Shown: positions 30,834-41,618, counted from the stretch's first letter. The stretch: DNA of 64,000 bases from an uncultured Chthonomonadaceae bacterium (GCA_963817895.1 CAWFQB010000007.1:128001-192000); one strand, 5' to 3'. Program-made: numbers and translations. The notes: generated by a model from the sequence alone, not told the origin.

Positions 30834-31460
30834 ATGGACGAACTGGACCCCATACATAAAGTGGAACTCGCCATGCTGCGCGCCGAGCATCAGAAGAGGT
30901 TCCAGACGCTGATTACCTATCTCAAAGACAAGGTGGGGCCGGGGATCGAGTACCGCAACGCCGTCGCCCGCGTGGTGGTTTCGGAACAGGGCGCGTATTA
31001 CGAACTCAACGACCTGCCCGAAGAGTTTTCCGGGGCGGTGGGGCCGGATGTGGAACAGCGGTATGTGACGCCGAATGAGGCGGTTGGACTGCTGGCGCGG
31101 GCGGTGGAAGCGGTCAAACAGGCGAATCGGGACAATGCGCGGCAGTGTTCCATTTTGGCGCTTTACTCGCGCCGGGGCATTATTGATCGCAAGAACTGCT
31201 ATGTTTACGAGTACCGCAGCGTGGGCGAACAGGCCGCCTCAGAGCCGCTTGTTATCGGGCAGTTTCAATCCGGCGTCATGCCCCTGTTCTTCAAAATTAA
31301 AATGGATGCGGATTTCAGTCCCGATGTTCTGGATATGCCGCGCGGCATCGTGTTTTGCATCGCCAACCCCGGCGACCGGCATCTGCTCATCCGCCTGCCC
31401 TTCACCGGCGATCAGGTGACAAATCTCACGGAAGCGACTTCGGCGGAGAGGGTTCAGTGA
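30834..31460 (+). CDS. Hypothetical protein
   Basis: GGAGG RBS and 208-aa ORF. Confidence 0.7.
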   Translation: MDELDPIHKVELAMLRAEHQKRFQTLITYLKDKVGPGIEYRNAVARVVVSEQGAYYELNDLPEEFSGAVGPDVEQRYVTPNEAVGLLARAVEAVKQANRDNARQCSILALYSRRGIIDRKNCYVYEYRSVGEQAASEPLVIGQFQSGVMPLFFKIKMDADFSPDVLDMPRGIVFCIANPGDRHLLIRLPFTGDQVTNLTEATSAERVQ

Positions 31461-31548
31461 GATACGAGATACGAGATACGAGATACCAGGCATGGCTCTG
31501 TTCAACTCGCGCATTGTCCTAATATCTCGTATCTCGTATCTCATATCT
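31458..31548. repeat. (GATACGA)n inverted-repeat hairpin element
   Basis: TGAGATACGAGATACGAGATACGAGATAC ... ATATCTCGTATCTCGTATCTCATATCT. Confidence 0.85.
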
Positions 31549-31551
31549 TCC

Positions 31552-31602
31552 TTGCTTTTTCGCGCAGTACAGGATATAATAAGTTAGGACGTAGCCGTAC
31601 TA
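31552..31602 (+). promoter_or_regulatory. Promoter and probable TetR operator
   Basis: TTGCTT-N17-TATAAT, followed by TAGGAC-N6-GTACTA. Confidence 0.6.
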
Positions 31603-31650
31603 GACTGTAATTTAGATTGAGAATAGCGCGGCAAAAAGGATGTGGATCGC

Positions 31651-32283
31651 ATGGCGACCCCACGCAGCAAAGAGAAAATATTGCGGTGCGCCCGCGAGAT
31701 GTTTTATCATCTGGGCTATCATGCGACCAGCGTAGATGACATCATCTTTCGGACGGGGGTTGCCAAAAGCAATTTCTACTACCATTTCAAGACCAAAGAG
31801 CAGCTTGCGCTTGCGGTTCTGGAAACGCAGATAGACGAGTACGAACTGTGGATCGGGCAGTCGTTGCGTAATCCGATGCTTCGGCCTACAGATCGCCTGC
31901 AAAGTTTTTTCGCGCAGTTGTGTTCGGCGCAGCAGGAGATGCAGAAGATGGCGGGCTGCCCGTTCGGCAATTTCGCCGCCACTCTGCCCGGTGAAGATGA
32001 GTTCGCGGGCGAAGACAAGAAACAGCGCGAACGCTACGAGCAGAGCGAAATGTTTCGCAAGCACATCAGCCGCATGTTCCGGCATCTGGAACTGGCGCTG
32101 CACGATTGTCTGGCTGAAGGCGCGGCGTGTGGCGAATTCCGATGCGATATTGCGCCCGAAGAACTGGCCTCTTATCTGCTGGCAACCATTGAGGGGCTGC
32201 TGATTTTGACCAAGACGCACAAAGACATGGCGCACATGCTCGGCGGTTTCAGCGTGGCGCAGCGACTGCTTTGCGCGCGCTGA
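31651..32283 (+). CDS. TetR family regulator (NemR-like C-terminus)
   Basis: GYHATSVDDI...GVAKSNFYYHFKTKEQL; GCPFGN. Confidence 0.92.
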   Translation: MATPRSKEKILRCAREMFYHLGYHATSVDDIIFRTGVAKSNFYYHFKTKEQLALAVLETQIDEYELWIGQSLRNPMLRPTDRLQSFFAQLCSAQQEMQKMAGCPFGNFAATLPGEDEFAGEDKKQRERYEQSEMFRKHISRMFRHLELALHDCLAEGAACGEFRCDIAPEELASYLLATIEGLLILTKTHKDMAHMLGGFSVAQRLLCAR

Positions 32284-32655
32284 ATTCGGAAAGAGCATCA
32301 GACGCGAAATACCGCAATTGAACTGTGGAGCGCGGCGAACTATCCGCAGTAGCCATGCAGTCATTACAGCATCTAAGAGTTGATAACACAGGGGCGTTCC
32401 AAAGAACGGGCCTTCTTTTTTATCCTGTGAGTAGGACTAACCCGTCCTACTCGAACAGTGAAACCGATGTTGTTTTTCGGCGTCTAACGCTTATCACGAC
32501 GCGCTGATATAGCTGGGCAGCGACGCGAAAAACACGATATAATAAGAGTATACACGTAGACAAAGACGCAGACAAAACGAGTGTCCCCGGTTGGGCGAAA
32601 AGTAATACAGGGCGAGTCTAGTAACGCAGCGCAGGCTGTGGAGGGAGAGCGCGCA

Positions 32656-33306
32656 ATGGCTAACATCAAGACGTGGGAACCGCAAGCGGCTAATGGAGCC
32701 GACCATGCGGAATTTCAGAAACTTATCGCGCGCACACAGCGCCAGGCATACAACATCGCGTATCGCATGACGGGCAACCGCGACGACGCTGAAGACTTGA
32801 CGCAGGAGGCGTATCTGCGGGCGTACCGCTCGTTTGCAACATACAATCGGCAGATGCCGTTTGAAAGCTGGTTTTTCCGTATTTTATCGAACCTGTTTAT
32901 TGACCTGCTGCGGCGGCGTCCCAAACAAAAGCCGCTTTCTATAGATCAGTCAATGAGCGACGAGGAGAGCGACGATAACCTGTTGCTGCAATTGCCGGAC
33001 GAGAACTCCAACCCGGAGCGCAATCTGCTGGAAACCGTTATGGACGAGAAACTGCAGACCGCGCTTGCCCGTTTGCCCGAAGCGTTCCGCGTGGCGGTTC
33101 TGCTGTGCGACGTGGAAGACAAGTCGTATGAGGAGATCGCCGTTATTATGGGATCGTCTATCGGCACGGTGCGTTCGCGCATCCATCGCGGGCGGTCGCT
33201 GTTGCGCCGCATTATGGACAGCCAGAACGCGCCCGTAAAAGAGAAGAAGCGCCGGATGCCGAAAGTGTCCGTGCCGCTTCCCGCCCTGAGCGCGGGGATG
33301 GTGTAA
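32656..33306 (+). CDS. ECF sigma-70 factor
   Basis: DAEDLTQE, WFFRI..N..ID, SYEEIA..MGSSIGTVRSRIHRGR. Confidence 0.93.
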   Translation: MANIKTWEPQAANGADHAEFQKLIARTQRQAYNIAYRMTGNRDDAEDLTQEAYLRAYRSFATYNRQMPFESWFFRILSNLFIDLLRRRPKQKPLSIDQSMSDEESDDNLLLQLPDENSNPERNLLETVMDEKLQTALARLPEAFRVAVLLCDVEDKSYEEIAVIMGSSIGTVRSRIHRGRSLLRRIMDSQNAPVKEKKRRMPKVSVPLPALSAGMV

Positions 33307-33309
33307 CCA

Positions 33310-33530
33310 CCTCACCCCCGGCCCCTCTCCTAGCGCAACGCGCTAGGAGAGGGGAGCGCATATACGTAAACTGATGCTGAGAACGGGAGGAACTATACAT
33401 AGTGCCTCCCGTTTTTGCTCGTTTTACCTGGTACGTCCATCACCGTCAACTCGTTTACAGGATATTGTTAAATGAACGGCCTCCCCTCTCTTGGCGCGTT
33501 GCGCGGCCAGGAGAGGGGCCGGGGGTGAGG
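33310..33530. repeat. Inverted pair of CCTCACCCCCGGCCCCTCTCC...GGAGAGGGG palindromic repeats between convergent genes
   Basis: Copies at 33310-33356 and 33480-33530; related hairpins at 37420-37466 and 56261-56288. Confidence 0.85.
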
Positions 33531-34850
33531 TTATTTTCCCGTCGGCGGAAGGAAGGCAAAAGGCTTCCAAAGGTGACGCGCCACAAGGTCGCCGGGAGAA
33601 CCATCGCCGGGGCTTTTTTGCGGCGTCGCATGATCGTCCTGTTGGTCTGCGCCTACGCTGTACAGAACGTAATCGCGTCCGTTCTTTGCAGTCCGATAGT
33701 GCAGGGGCGCATTGAGGAAGGGATCGAGCGGAACGGCGCGCAAATAGGCGTGTGACAGCGTGTTCAATGCCGCCGGATAGTGTCCCTGCGCGCGTTTGTA
33801 ACGCTCAAGCGCCACTTCCACGCCGATGATGGCCTGAACCGCTTCCATTGAAACAAATTTCTGGCGGGCAGCCGCGAATACTGGAGCCGTTAAACTTAGA
33901 AGAGGGTCGCTGTTGGCAGGAACTTTTGATACGCCCGTATACGGCTGCCGCGCCTCTGCCGCAAGCGCTTTGTAATACTCCTGCTGATGCCTGACAAGCG
34001 CTTCCCTGCTGGTGAACATGAGCTGTAGCGACATCAGCCGTTCCTGCCAGGTAATTGCGCTGCCGGAAGTTCCTGTTAGTTCCTGAATGTTGAAGGGTTG
34101 TCCATTTTTGCCCGGTTTGCGCAGCATTTCCAGCAACAGAGCGGTACTCTGGTTGCCCTCTTCGTCAATGAGATCAGCGTATGGCACGCGCTTTGCGGCA
34201 ATGGTATCCAATCGTTGCGCCACATGGGCCAATTCCACGTCATTCAATTTTGGGAAAAGTTCTTCCATACTATGGATACTGATGGCTTCACAGGCGATGC
34301 CAACCAACCCCGCGATGAGCGAACCGCCGCGTGGAATGGTTACGCCCTCCTCCAGCATGTCGAGCATGGTGTCCGCCGCCTGTCCCGGTTGCCCGCTGAT
34401 GACTTCATAACCCGCTTTGCCGACCATCGCGCGCGCCGTTGCTCGAAACAAAGCGAATTGCGGAAACTGTAAGGCGTTGGCGGTGCGGACGGGGGGACAC
34501 AGGTACGCTTTTTTCAATCCCGCCTGAACCGCGCGCTGCACGGGGATTGCATCGGGGGCGCAGGCTTTGTAGTTGGCGTAGGTATAGTTTTGCGCGGGAG
34601 TGCCAGCCATATTGGAAGGGCTGAGGTGCGCCATCTGCCCCGCCAGTTTGCCCGCCCGCACAAAGTCATCATAGCCGTTGTCCGCAGGCATTGTGGGCGT
34701 GGAAATGACTATATCGGGCGTTCGGCTGTTTCTCAAATAAACAGCGCCAATTGTTAAAAGCGTGAGAGACAGCAACAGCAGCCCCGCCACAAACACGCGC
34801 ATAAGGCGGCTAGGACGACGTGGAAACCCGGAAGCGGAAGGGGCAGGCAT
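33531..34850 (-). CDS. Membrane-anchored hypothetical protein with GspG-like C-terminal motif
   Basis: N-terminal TM; ALERYK...G.YP..L..L...P.DPF...LYSVG.D..DD. Confidence 0.65.
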   Translation of the reverse strand: MPAPSASGFPRRPSRLMRVFVAGLLLLSLTLLTIGAVYLRNSRTPDIVISTPTMPADNGYDDFVRAGKLAGQMAHLSPSNMAGTPAQNYTYANYKACAPDAIPVQRAVQAGLKKAYLCPPVRTANALQFPQFALFRATARAMVGKAGYEVISGQPGQAADTMLDMLEEGVTIPRGGSLIAGLVGIACEAISIHSMEELFPKLNDVELAHVAQRLDTIAAKRVPYADLIDEEGNQSTALLLEMLRKPGKNGQPFNIQELTGTSGSAITWQERLMSLQLMFTSREALVRHQQEYYKALAAEARQPYTGVSKVPANSDPLLSLTAPVFAAARQKFVSMEAVQAIIGVEVALERYKRAQGHYPAALNTLSHAYLRAVPLDPFLNAPLHYRTAKNGRDYVLYSVGADQQDDHATPQKSPGDGSPGDLVARHLWKPFAFLPPTGK

Positions 34851-34979
34851 AACGTTTCTCCCTGAATAAAGCTTTCGTGCGGCAATGCAGTACAATAACG
34901 CGCGAAACAAGGCTAATCTTACCATACAACTGTAAAATTATACTGTTCCATTCACGAGGACTGGTAGAGAACACCAATT

Positions 34980-35756
34980 ATGCTTATTGATACGCATTGT
35001 CACTTCAACAATAAACAATTTGCGGACAATTTGCCCGAATGCATTGCGCGAGCGCAGGCGGCGGATGTGCGTCGGATGATCGTGGTGGGCTATGATATGC
35101 CGAGCAGCGAACACGCGGTACAACTGTCGGAAACCTATCCGGGCGTGTTGTTTGCGGTTGTGGGCGTTCATCCGCACGACGCGAAAGATTGGAACGGGGA
35201 AGCGGACGCGCGGCTGCGCCAGTTGAGTGACCATCCCCATGTCGTCGCCATCGGCGAAATCGGGCTGGACTACCATTACGATTTTTCGCCGCGTGACCAA
35301 CAGGAATCCGCGTTTCGGGCGCAAATGCGAATTGCGCGGGAGGTGGGTTTACCCGTTGTGATTCACTGCCGCGAAGCGTATGGCGACACGCTGCAAATTC
35401 TATCGGAAGAGGGCGCGGACGAGACGGGCGGCGTGATGCACTGTTGGGCGGGAACCGTAGAAGAAGCGGATAAAACCGTCGCGCTCGGACTCGCGCTCGG
35501 CTTCGGCGGGACGCTCACCTTCAAAAACGCCGAAGCCACCCGGCAGGCGGCGCAGCGCGTACCGCTCGAAACCCTGCTGGTAGAAACCGACGCGCCCTAC
35601 CTTGCGCCCGTCCCCCATCGCGGCAAGCCCAACGAACCCGCCTACACGCGCCTTGTGGCGGAAAAACTGGCCGAACTGCGTGGACTGACCCTGCCCGAAA
35701 TCGCCACGCTCACGACCGCCAACGCCCGCCGCATCTTCCCCCGCGTCACAGATTAA
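34980..35756 (+). CDS. tatD: TatD family DNase
   Basis: DTHCH, GVHPH, GEIGLDY, IHCREA, ETDAPYLAP. Confidence 0.95.
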   Translation: MLIDTHCHFNNKQFADNLPECIARAQAADVRRMIVVGYDMPSSEHAVQLSETYPGVLFAVVGVHPHDAKDWNGEADARLRQLSDHPHVVAIGEIGLDYHYDFSPRDQQESAFRAQMRIAREVGLPVVIHCREAYGDTLQILSEEGADETGGVMHCWAGTVEEADKTVALGLALGFGGTLTFKNAEATRQAAQRVPLETLLVETDAPYLAPVPHRGKPNEPAYTRLVAEKLAELRGLTLPEIATLTTANARRIFPRVTD

Positions 35757-36759
35757 TCCTTGTGGGGGCCTTGCTGGACGACAATGTTGGTATCAACAAG
35801 GGCGACAATATAGACTACGAGGGTCAGGATGATGCAGGCGATCTGCGTGAAGCCGATGGGGTGGCGCGACCCAAAGCCGTAGGGGGAACGCAGCAGAAAG
35901 AAACAGAGCGCGTCCAGACCGAGGAAAAACACGCCCTTGCCGATCTCACTGTTATGGAACTGCCCCAGTCCGGGCAGAATGAGGGACAGCAGCCGGGCGA
36001 ACCAGGGATTGCGGTCAACGGCTTCAGGGTCGGCCATGCCCCAGTTCTGCTGCAAAACGAGCAGTTCGCCGTACTTGCGCTCTGCCGAAGAGCGTTTCGG
36101 GTCGGCTTCCAGCGCGCGTTTGTAGGTGGCAAGCGCCTCATCCGTGCGGGCAACGCCCTGTAAAATATCGCCAAGCAGTTCCAGCGCGGCGGCGTCTTTG
36201 GGAACGAATTGAAGCGCTTCGCGGACTTTCACTTCGGCGTCGCGAAACTTCTCCTTGCGCCGCAGCATCGCTGCATCGCGCAACAGCGGTTCCGCCTGCA
36301 TGATCTCCTGAATGGAGGACTCGCGAAAGGGCGGCAGATCGAGCGACACTTCCCGAACGGCCTGCACCTGCGCGGCGGCTTTTTGCGCCATCAGTTCCGC
36401 CGCATACGCCTGCATCGAATCTCATTGAGGGCTTCGCGCTTTTAGCGTTTTTGGCGGGCAGTGGCGGCAGCGGCAGGGACGGCATGGCAGCGGTGACATT
36501 GGAAGCGCTTTTGGTAACGGCAACAGGCAGGCGCGTCCGCGTCGAATGTATGCGAATCGGCATTGAGCAGCTTTTGAACTTCCAGCGGCGACATGCCCAT
36601 GCGCCGCAAATCGTCCTCGATCTTTTTGCGCTTCGCCGCATCCGCCAGCAGTTTGTCCGCATCCCCGCCAATGGGCAGGGGATCGTTTTCGATTGTGGAT
36701 TGTGGACTGACGATTTTCGATTGAGGATTGCCGATTATCGATTGCGGTTCTGTATCCAT
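35753..36759 (-). CDS. TPR-containing membrane protein with TM2-like C-terminus (frameshifted in the 5' part)
   Basis: TPR (AALELLGDIL...ALATYKRALEADP), LSLILPGLGQF; start is approximate. Confidence 0.7.
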
Positions 36760-36835
36760 GTTTACTGTGCCGCCTTCTCTGCCGTTCATACCCTGATCTA
36801 CACCATACTACCCGACTACCTATCTTACTTCTGCC

Positions 36836-37396
36836 GTCAAGCGTTTCAAAGCGCGTGGGAATGGCGCGGACGTTGCGGGATTCGTCGGGCAGCAGTTCCA
36901 GCTGCAGGCGGGGCGCTGCGTTCCAGAACTCTTCCAGATTGTAAAAGTCGCGCTGTTCGGCAGCCATCAGGTGACATACAATGTCGCCGTAATCCAGCAG
37001 TATCCAGGTGGCTTCCTGATAGCCCTCCATGCGCGGCTTGCGGATGCCCTCTTCGCGCATCCGCTCATCAATGCGGTCGGCAATGGCGCGCAGTTGGATA
37101 CTGGATTTACCCGTGCAGATCAGAAAATAATCGGCAATGATGGTCAGGGTTCGCAGGTCGAGAACTTCAATGTCCTCGGCGCGTACCGCATCGGCGGCGG
37201 CGACCATCAGGCGCAATCTCTCCTCGGTATCCAGATTGGAAGCGGGACGCGGCGGGGCCGTGATTTCCTCTGCCTGCGGCTCATCTTCCTCCTCCATTTG
37301 CAGCAGCTCGTCCTCAATGTCGAAATCAGCGTCCTGCGCGTCCAGCGTGTCGGTATGGTCGGGCATGTTTGCGCCCCTTTCCTGTGTATCGCTCAT
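36836..37396 (-). CDS. rsfS: Ribosome silencing factor RsfS (3' end uncertain)
   Basis: AEDIEVLDL...IADYFLICTG.S..Q, WILLDYGDIV.H...R.FYNLE. Confidence 0.9.
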
Positions 37397-37422
37397 AAAG
37401 TACCTTCTAACGAAAATAGCCC

Positions 37423-38122
37423 TCAACCCCCGTCAGGTCTCCCAAGAAAGCCTGGGAGAAGGGGGACTGATTTATACGGAGTGTCCGCGAGAATAGCGGT
37501 TGTCTCGTTGCTGCGGATCGGCGGCGCGGTTCCGGCATATAGATTGTGTTTGCGAATGTATTCCACCACGCTGTCCGGCGTCATATAGCGCGCGGGCAAA
37601 CCCTGCGCCATGCGCTGCCGCATATCCGAAGACGAGATACCGATGGCGGTGGAACCCAGCAGCAGAATGCGCGACAGATAGGCGGCGGGCAAGCGCTCTT
37701 TCAGGCTGCGAACATCGAAGCCGGGACGGGTGGCGGCGATAAACGTTGCCAGTTGTATCACGTCTTCATGCCGCTTCCATGTAAGAATATCTGCAACCGC
37801 GTCTACGCCGCTGATGTAAAAAAGTTCCGCATCCGGGTGCTGCTGGCGAAGCTGCGTCAGCGTGTCTACGGTATAAGAGGGGCCATTGCGCGTAATCTCA
37901 ATGGGCGAACATCCGAACGCGCCGTTGGCATGCGTGGCGAGCAGGGTCATGTTGTAGCGATGGGTCGGCGCGGTAATCGCGTACCCTTTCTTATGCGGCG
38001 GCACGCCATTAGGCACGAACAACACCTTGTCCAGCCCGAAACGGCAGCGCGCCTCTTCCGCCACAAACAGATGCCCGAAATGAATCGGGATCGAATGTGC
38101 CGCCCATGATACCCAGTCGCAT
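37423..38122 (-). CDS. nadD: Nicotinate-nucleotide adenylyltransferase (frameshift near 38085)
   Basis: MRLGIMGGTFDP/IHFGHL, PPHK, SYTVDTL, ISSSDMR. Confidence 0.93.
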
Positions 38123-38123
38123 T

Positions 38124-39685
38124 TTAAGGATCAACCTGCAAAAATCGAACGCCCGTTTTGTCTATTTCAATACCCGCCCACGTTTCCGCGCTAATGGCAA
38201 TAGTTCGGAGGGATAAGGGGTAAGGGATAAGGGATAAGTTACTTGTTGTATGGAAGTTCTCCTCGCTTACCCCTTTTCCCTTACCCCTTATCCCTTCCTG
38301 TAAGTTTGCCAGCGGGATCGCCGCTTCCAGCAGGCGGTCTTGGTAGGCGAGGCGGACGCCGTCGGGCAGGGTTGTGCCGGGTTGGGCGGGGCGCAGATGC
38401 GCGACGTAGGCGCGGGCAGGAGTGTTGCCCTGCGCATCGAACGGGCGCAGATGCAGCGTGTAAGTTACGCGGCGGCTGACGGGTTGGCGGCAATCCAGGC
38501 GCGACGTACAGATAACGGCTGTCCCGGCAGGCATATAGGGCGCGAATGTCGCCGCTGCCCTGCAGGTCGCGCAGTACGTTGTCGCGCACGGGGTCGAGCA
38601 GGCAGGGCGGCAGGCTTTGCCAGTCCGCGTCGTTGGCGTCCACGCGAATAGCGTTGTCCGGCACGATGGGCAGGCGCGTGTCGGCAAGGTCGCCGTACAG
38701 TTCGGTGCTGCGGGCAAAAGCGTTCAGAAACCGGCCCATCATGGCTGTCTGACTGGGATACAGGCTGATGCTTTGCGCCTTGCGCCGGGTCTGTTCGGGC
38801 GTGAGCGGCAGTGTCAGCCAGCGCGTATCGGTTTGCGCCAGTTCTATGGGCGGCGTGAGCGGCGTGGCAGTTCCGGCTTTTTGCGGCAGGGGCCAGTCGC
38901 CCCGATGCACCAGATAGTATTCCAGCCGGGTCTGTTTCGCCCAACTCGCTTCCTGTGGATCGGCCTGCAACTCCTGCAGGGCGCGGGCCACAAACGCGGC
39001 AGTGGCGGCGTGGTCGGCATGGTCTTCGGCGGGATGCGTGACCGTAACAAGCGTTGGGTGAAACGCTCGCAATGTGGCTTTCACGTCCTCAAGAACGTTC
39101 TGGCCGCAGTACGCGGTTTTCGTATGAAACACGGTCGCATAGGGCGCATGGTCGCAGCGCGTAGTTGCGGACGTATACAGATTGGCGGGCGTCCAGTTGT
39201 CGTTCCACAGCGCCTGCAACCCCTGATCCGGGTAGCCCAAAAACTGAACATTGTCTGCGGTGACGCCCAGATTGGCAAGGGCGCGTAACGACTCCTGCTG
39301 GCGCGTATCCGCAAAGCGAACATAGTCCTGCGGCTCTACGCGCAATCGCCCCGTTTGCAATTCAACAGCGGTACGGAAGCCGTCGCCATTGGTCACGATC
39401 ATGGCCTGCGCTTTGCCCCCGGCCTGCAGGGTCTGCTGTATCAATCCCGCGCAGCCCAGCGTTTCATCGTCGCAATGAGGCGCGAAAACCATCAGGCGCG
39501 TGGCCGATGTGGGCGCAGGCAGAACGGGCAGGCGCAGGGCGGCATAATGCGGCATTGGCCTGATGCTGGCGCAGGGAAAAGGCAAGCCTCGCCGCGCCGA
39601 TATAAACGCCGGGCAGGGCAAGGCCAAGCCAGGCATAGCGGCGAAGCAGGCGAAAAGCGGTACGAAGGGCGAAACGCAAGGGCAA
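38124..39685 (-). CDS. PIG-L/LmbE family deacetylase with C-terminal extension (frameshifted)
   Basis: APHCDDE, TNGD, LGYPD, DHADH. Confidence 0.85.
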
Positions 39686-39766
39686 CGGTTCTCCTGTAAA
39701 ACGAAAAAAGGGATGTGGCATAGCAAAGGCCACGCCCACCCCTGTATCTAAATCACCACTGCAAAA

Positions 39767-39855
39767 CGGAGTGAAAGGGATTCGAACCCTTGATACGCTT
39801 TTGACGTATACACGATTTCCAGTCGTGCTCCTTCGACCAACTCGGACATCACTCC
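39767..39855 (-). tRNA. tRNA-Ser(GGA)
   Basis: GGAGTGA acceptor stem, CACGA-CTGGAAA-TCGTG anticodon arm, long variable arm, GGTTCGAATCC; CCA not encoded. Confidence 0.96.
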
Positions 39856-39868
39856 CTACTCACCTCTC

Positions 39869-39897
39869 ATTATAGCATGACAGACGGGTTGTGTCAA
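39869..39897 (-). promoter_or_regulatory. tRNA promoter
   Basis: TTGACA-N17-TATAAT with extended TG. Confidence 0.85.
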
Positions 39898-40032
39898 ATG
39901 TTGCGCAGGGATAAAATTTCATTTCATGCTCGCATCTGCTATTTAAGGAGCAGGGCGCAGAAAACTACGCCCCGCAAACTATTCTGAAAGAGTGTTGGAA
40001 GTGACAGCGATGCAAAATGCGCGTGGTAAATG

Positions 40033-41592
40033 TTACAGCGTGGCGGCGAAAGTGGCGAGAGGGATGAAATCGGCGTCGGGCGGGGCTTCCTGCGGGCCGA
40101 AGTGCGCTCCCCCAACCTCGCCAATCGCGCCGTCGCTTGTCGGTTCCAGCAGACGGACGCGCGCCGTTGTGCCCATCAGATGTGATCCGCCCGTAAACTG
40201 CACCCGGATATAGTTGCTCGTGTAACCGCTGAGGAGTTGCGTGTTGAGAGTTGAGAGTTGAGAGTCAGAAATCGCCAATGCGCGGTCTTTGTCGGCGTTG
40301 TCTTCCGCCTCCTCTTCTCCTTTTCTCCTTTTCTCCTCTTCTCCCCTCCCCTCTTTTCCCTCTACCAGCACTTCCAGTTCACGGCCTAAATGCCGCTGAA
40401 TGAACTGCTGTTGCGTGACGCGACAGGCAACGGCAAGTTCCTTGCTGCGGGCCTCTTTTTCCTCTTCGGCAACCTGCGCGTAACCGGCGGCGGGCGTGTT
40501 GGGGCGGGGCGAGTAGCGGAACAGATGGGCGCGGGCGTAGCCGACTTCGCGCGCCACTTTCAGCGTGTTTTCAAACGCGGCCCGGTCTTCGCCCGGAAAA
40601 CCCACCATGATGTCGCTCGTAATCGCCAGATCGGGAATACGCGCCTGCGCCGTCCGACAGCGTTCCAGATAGAAATCCTGATCGTAGGGCCGGTTCATCG
40701 CCTGCAAAATGCCCGTGTCGCCGCTTTGCAAGGGAATGTGCAGATGGCGGCACAGTTTCGGCTCACTTGCGAAAGCGTCCAGCAGGCGATCCGTTACCTG
40801 CGTGGGTTCGATGGACGACAGGCGGACGCGCTCGATACCCTCTACCTGCGCCAGCATCAACAACAAATCGGCAAGGTCGGGGCGGGCATACGTTTGATCC
40901 TTTGTCCAATGCTGCGACTGCGTGGTGACGCGCAAAACGTCCCCGTCCGGTTCTGGTAAACCCTGCGCGTAGGCCGTATTGCGGGCCGTGAAATCGGCTT
41001 CCTGTCCGTATGCGCCCACCAGTACGCCCGTAATCACCACTTCGCGATACCCCTGCCCCGCCAACCGCTCCACTTCCGCAACCACTTCTCCAACCGGGCG
41101 TGAACGCATCACTTTGCGGGTGTAGGGAATCGAGCAGAACGCGCAGAATACATTGCAGCCGTCCTGAACTTTAATCGTGGCGCGGGTGCGGCGTACAAAC
41201 GGGCGGGCATCCGGCAGGCGCGGATTACTGGCAATGTCGCGCTCCAGATGAGGATGGGCGCGAAGCACATGCGACAGGGTTTGCAGTTTCTGGTGGTTGG
41301 GAACCAGCAGCGTTGCCTCCTCGACTGTTTCCCCTTTGATCTGCGCCATCTCGCCGTAGCAGCCGGTCATTACGACAACCGCTTCGGGATTCTGGCGCGC
41401 CACTTTGCGCACCATCTGGCGGGACTTGCGCTCTGCCGCCTGCGTCACCGAACAGGTATTAATCACGTACACGTCAGCGGGCGTGTTGAACTCGGTTATG
41501 GTAAACCCACGCGCTTCAAAGTCGTCCAGTATGCGCTGAGTCTCATACTGGTTCACTTTGCAGCCAAGCGTGGTAAAAGCGGCGGTCGGCAC
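40033..41592 (-). CDS. mtaB: tRNA t6A37 methylthiotransferase MtaB
   Basis: LGCKVNQYET, NTCSVT, QDGCNVFCAFC, TRAM domain. Confidence 0.92.
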   Translation of the reverse strand: MPTAAFTTLGCKVNQYETQRILDDFEARGFTITEFNTPADVYVINTCSVTQAAERKSRQMVRKVARQNPEAVVVMTGCYGEMAQIKGETVEEATLLVPNHQKLQTLSHVLRAHPHLERDIASNPRLPDARPFVRRTRATIKVQDGCNVFCAFCSIPYTRKVMRSRPVGEVVAEVERLAGQGYREVVITGVLVGAYGQEADFTARNTAYAQGLPEPDGDVLRVTTQSQHWTKDQTYARPDLADLLLMLAQVEGIERVRLSSIEPTQVTDRLLDAFASEPKLCRHLHIPLQSGDTGILQAMNRPYDQDFYLERCRTAQARIPDLAITSDIMVGFPGEDRAAFENTLKVAREVGYARAHLFRYSPRPNTPAAGYAQVAEEEKEARSKELAVACRVTQQQFIQRHLGRELEVLVEGKEGRGEEEKRRKGEEEAEDNADKDRALAISDSQLSTLNTQLLSGYTSNYIRVQFTGGSHLMGTTARVRLLEPTSDGAIGEVGGAHFGPQEAPPDADFIPLATFAATL

Positions 41593-41618
41593 GGGCGGTA
41601 TCCTCGGTATTCAGGTAT

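Noticed and set aside
10831..31548. GATACGA and other repeats as a CRISPR array
   Set aside because: Short-period tandem units in inverted pairs; no regular repeat-spacer structure and no cas genes.
39767..39855. tRNA-Ser as the prophage integration site
   Set aside because: No duplicated tRNA 3' end was seen, it is flanked by host genes, and the break is in radC.
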